DNA from: Dictyostelium discoideum | Lineage: Eukaryota | NCBI GenBank assembly: GCA_000004695.1 | Contig: CH709151.1 | Location: forward strand, 1 to 4,957 | Length of the DNA: 4,957 nt | Direction of reading: 5' to 3' | Shown here: positions 4,231 through 4,957 of the stretch, piece after piece | Layout of the letters: each line of letters begins with the position of its first letter | Numbering within the stretch: the first letter of the stretch is position 1 | Translations under genes and position numbers: made by a program | The notes under the pieces: model-generated | What the model was told of the DNA's origin: nothing | The model's database searches: none | The model's input: the letters and a program-made list of their open reading frames with translations, nothing else

Positions 4231-4957
4231 ACTTACCAGTAGGTGGACGTCTGTTCCACCACAAACAAGTTTGGAAAGAATTGGGTCTTCCAAACTTTTG
4301 TCAAGAGTTCGTAAATGGATTAAAAATCCATCTGCTTCCAAATTTCAAGCCGATGCTAAACCCAATTCCGATTTCAATTCCGGAGGGTCCGAAATCAGAT
4401 TGCATCACAAAGGAAGTACAAGACTTGTTATTAGACGATGCCATCGAACAAGTACTTCCAAACCGTTATTCAAAGCGCGTTTTTTACTCCAACGTGTTTA
4501 CGGTTCCAAAACCTGGAACGAATCTACATCGTCCAGTTCTAGATTTAAAAAGGTTAAACACTTACATCAACAACCAATCATTCAAGATGGAAGGAATCAA
4601 GAATCTACCATCAATGGTCAAACAAGGTTATTACATGGTAAAACTCGATATCAAGAAAGCCTACCTCCACGTATTAGTAGATCCACAATACAGAGACTTA
4701 TTCCGCTTCGTGTGGAAAGGTTCGCACTACCGTTGGAAAACAATGCCGTTCGGGCTATCGACAGCTCCTCGTATCTTTACAATGCTGTTAAGACCTGTAC
4801 TTCGAATGTTGAGAGATATCAAGGTATCCGTCATCGCTTACTTGGACGATCTATTAATCGTAGGTTCAACAAAAGAAGAATGTTTATCCAACTTCAAAAA
4901 GACAATGGAATTACTTGTCAAACTAGGTTTCAAGTTAAACCTAGAAAAGAGTGTTCT
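4173..4957 (+). CDS. DIRS-1-type ORF2 N-terminal part: reverse transcriptase (open in frame 3 from 4173; first in-frame ATG at 4353); partial at window end
   Basis: The frame-3 translation contains VFTVPKPGTNLHRPVLDLKRLN, YYMVKLDIKKAYLHV, KTMPFGLSTAPRIFT and VIAYLDDLLIVG. These are RT motifs 1/2, A, B and C (YLDD). The open frame overlaps the ORF1 stop by 57 nt. It is missing from the supplied ORF track because it has no stop inside the window. Confidence 0.8.

Larger units (their letters stand above)
2775..4957 (+). mobile_element. DIRS-1-type retrotransposon copy B, 5' portion (left ITR/leader, ORF1, start of ORF2-RT); runs off window end
   Basis: It has a heat-shock-element-bearing leader, then a 335-aa ORF1, then an overlapping frame encoding a reverse transcriptase. 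It is mirrored by copy A at the left end of the window. It has an ITR-type rather than LTR-type 5' end. Confidence 0.8.

Overview
The window is AT-rich with N/Q/S-rich coding, consistent with a social-amoeba (Dictyostelium-type) genome. It contains two copies of a DIRS-1-type retrotransposon (a tyrosine-recombinase retroelement with inverted terminal repeats) arranged head-to-head. Copy A occupies 1..~862 on the minus strand and copy B occupies ~2775..4957 on the plus strand; both run off the window. Each copy shows a ~435-bp left leader/ITR carrying heat-shock elements and a (CA)n tract, then the ORF1 start. Copy B additionally shows the start of ORF2, a reverse transcriptase with F-G-L-S-T-A-P and YLDD motifs. 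The two copies are roughly 95-98% identical by eye, so the window is a large inverted repeat whose 1.9-kb spacer is itself made of retroelement debris. The spacer holds a fragment of an LTR-retroelement-type RNase H (863..1054, minus strand) and a tRNA-like Pol III unit with A and B boxes, an oligo-T terminator and a non-pairing acceptor stem (1047..1119, minus strand). About 50 bp upstream of the tRNA 5' end begins what I read as the 5' part of a tRNA-gene-targeted non-LTR retrotransposon of TRE5 type. It has tandem ~180-bp leader repeats, an N/Q/P-rich ORF1 broken by a frameshift in a (CCT)n tract, and a TAATG stop/start overlap into a short ORF2 start with an apurinic-endonuclease-like I-A-I-W-N motif. 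That ORF2 is truncated after ~20 codons into a 134-bp hairpin-rich tail that abuts DIRS copy B. No cellular protein-coding gene is evident. Family assignments (DIRS-1, TRE5-like, Skipper/DGLT-like) rest on motif, architecture and position logic recalled from the literature; no database search was possible.
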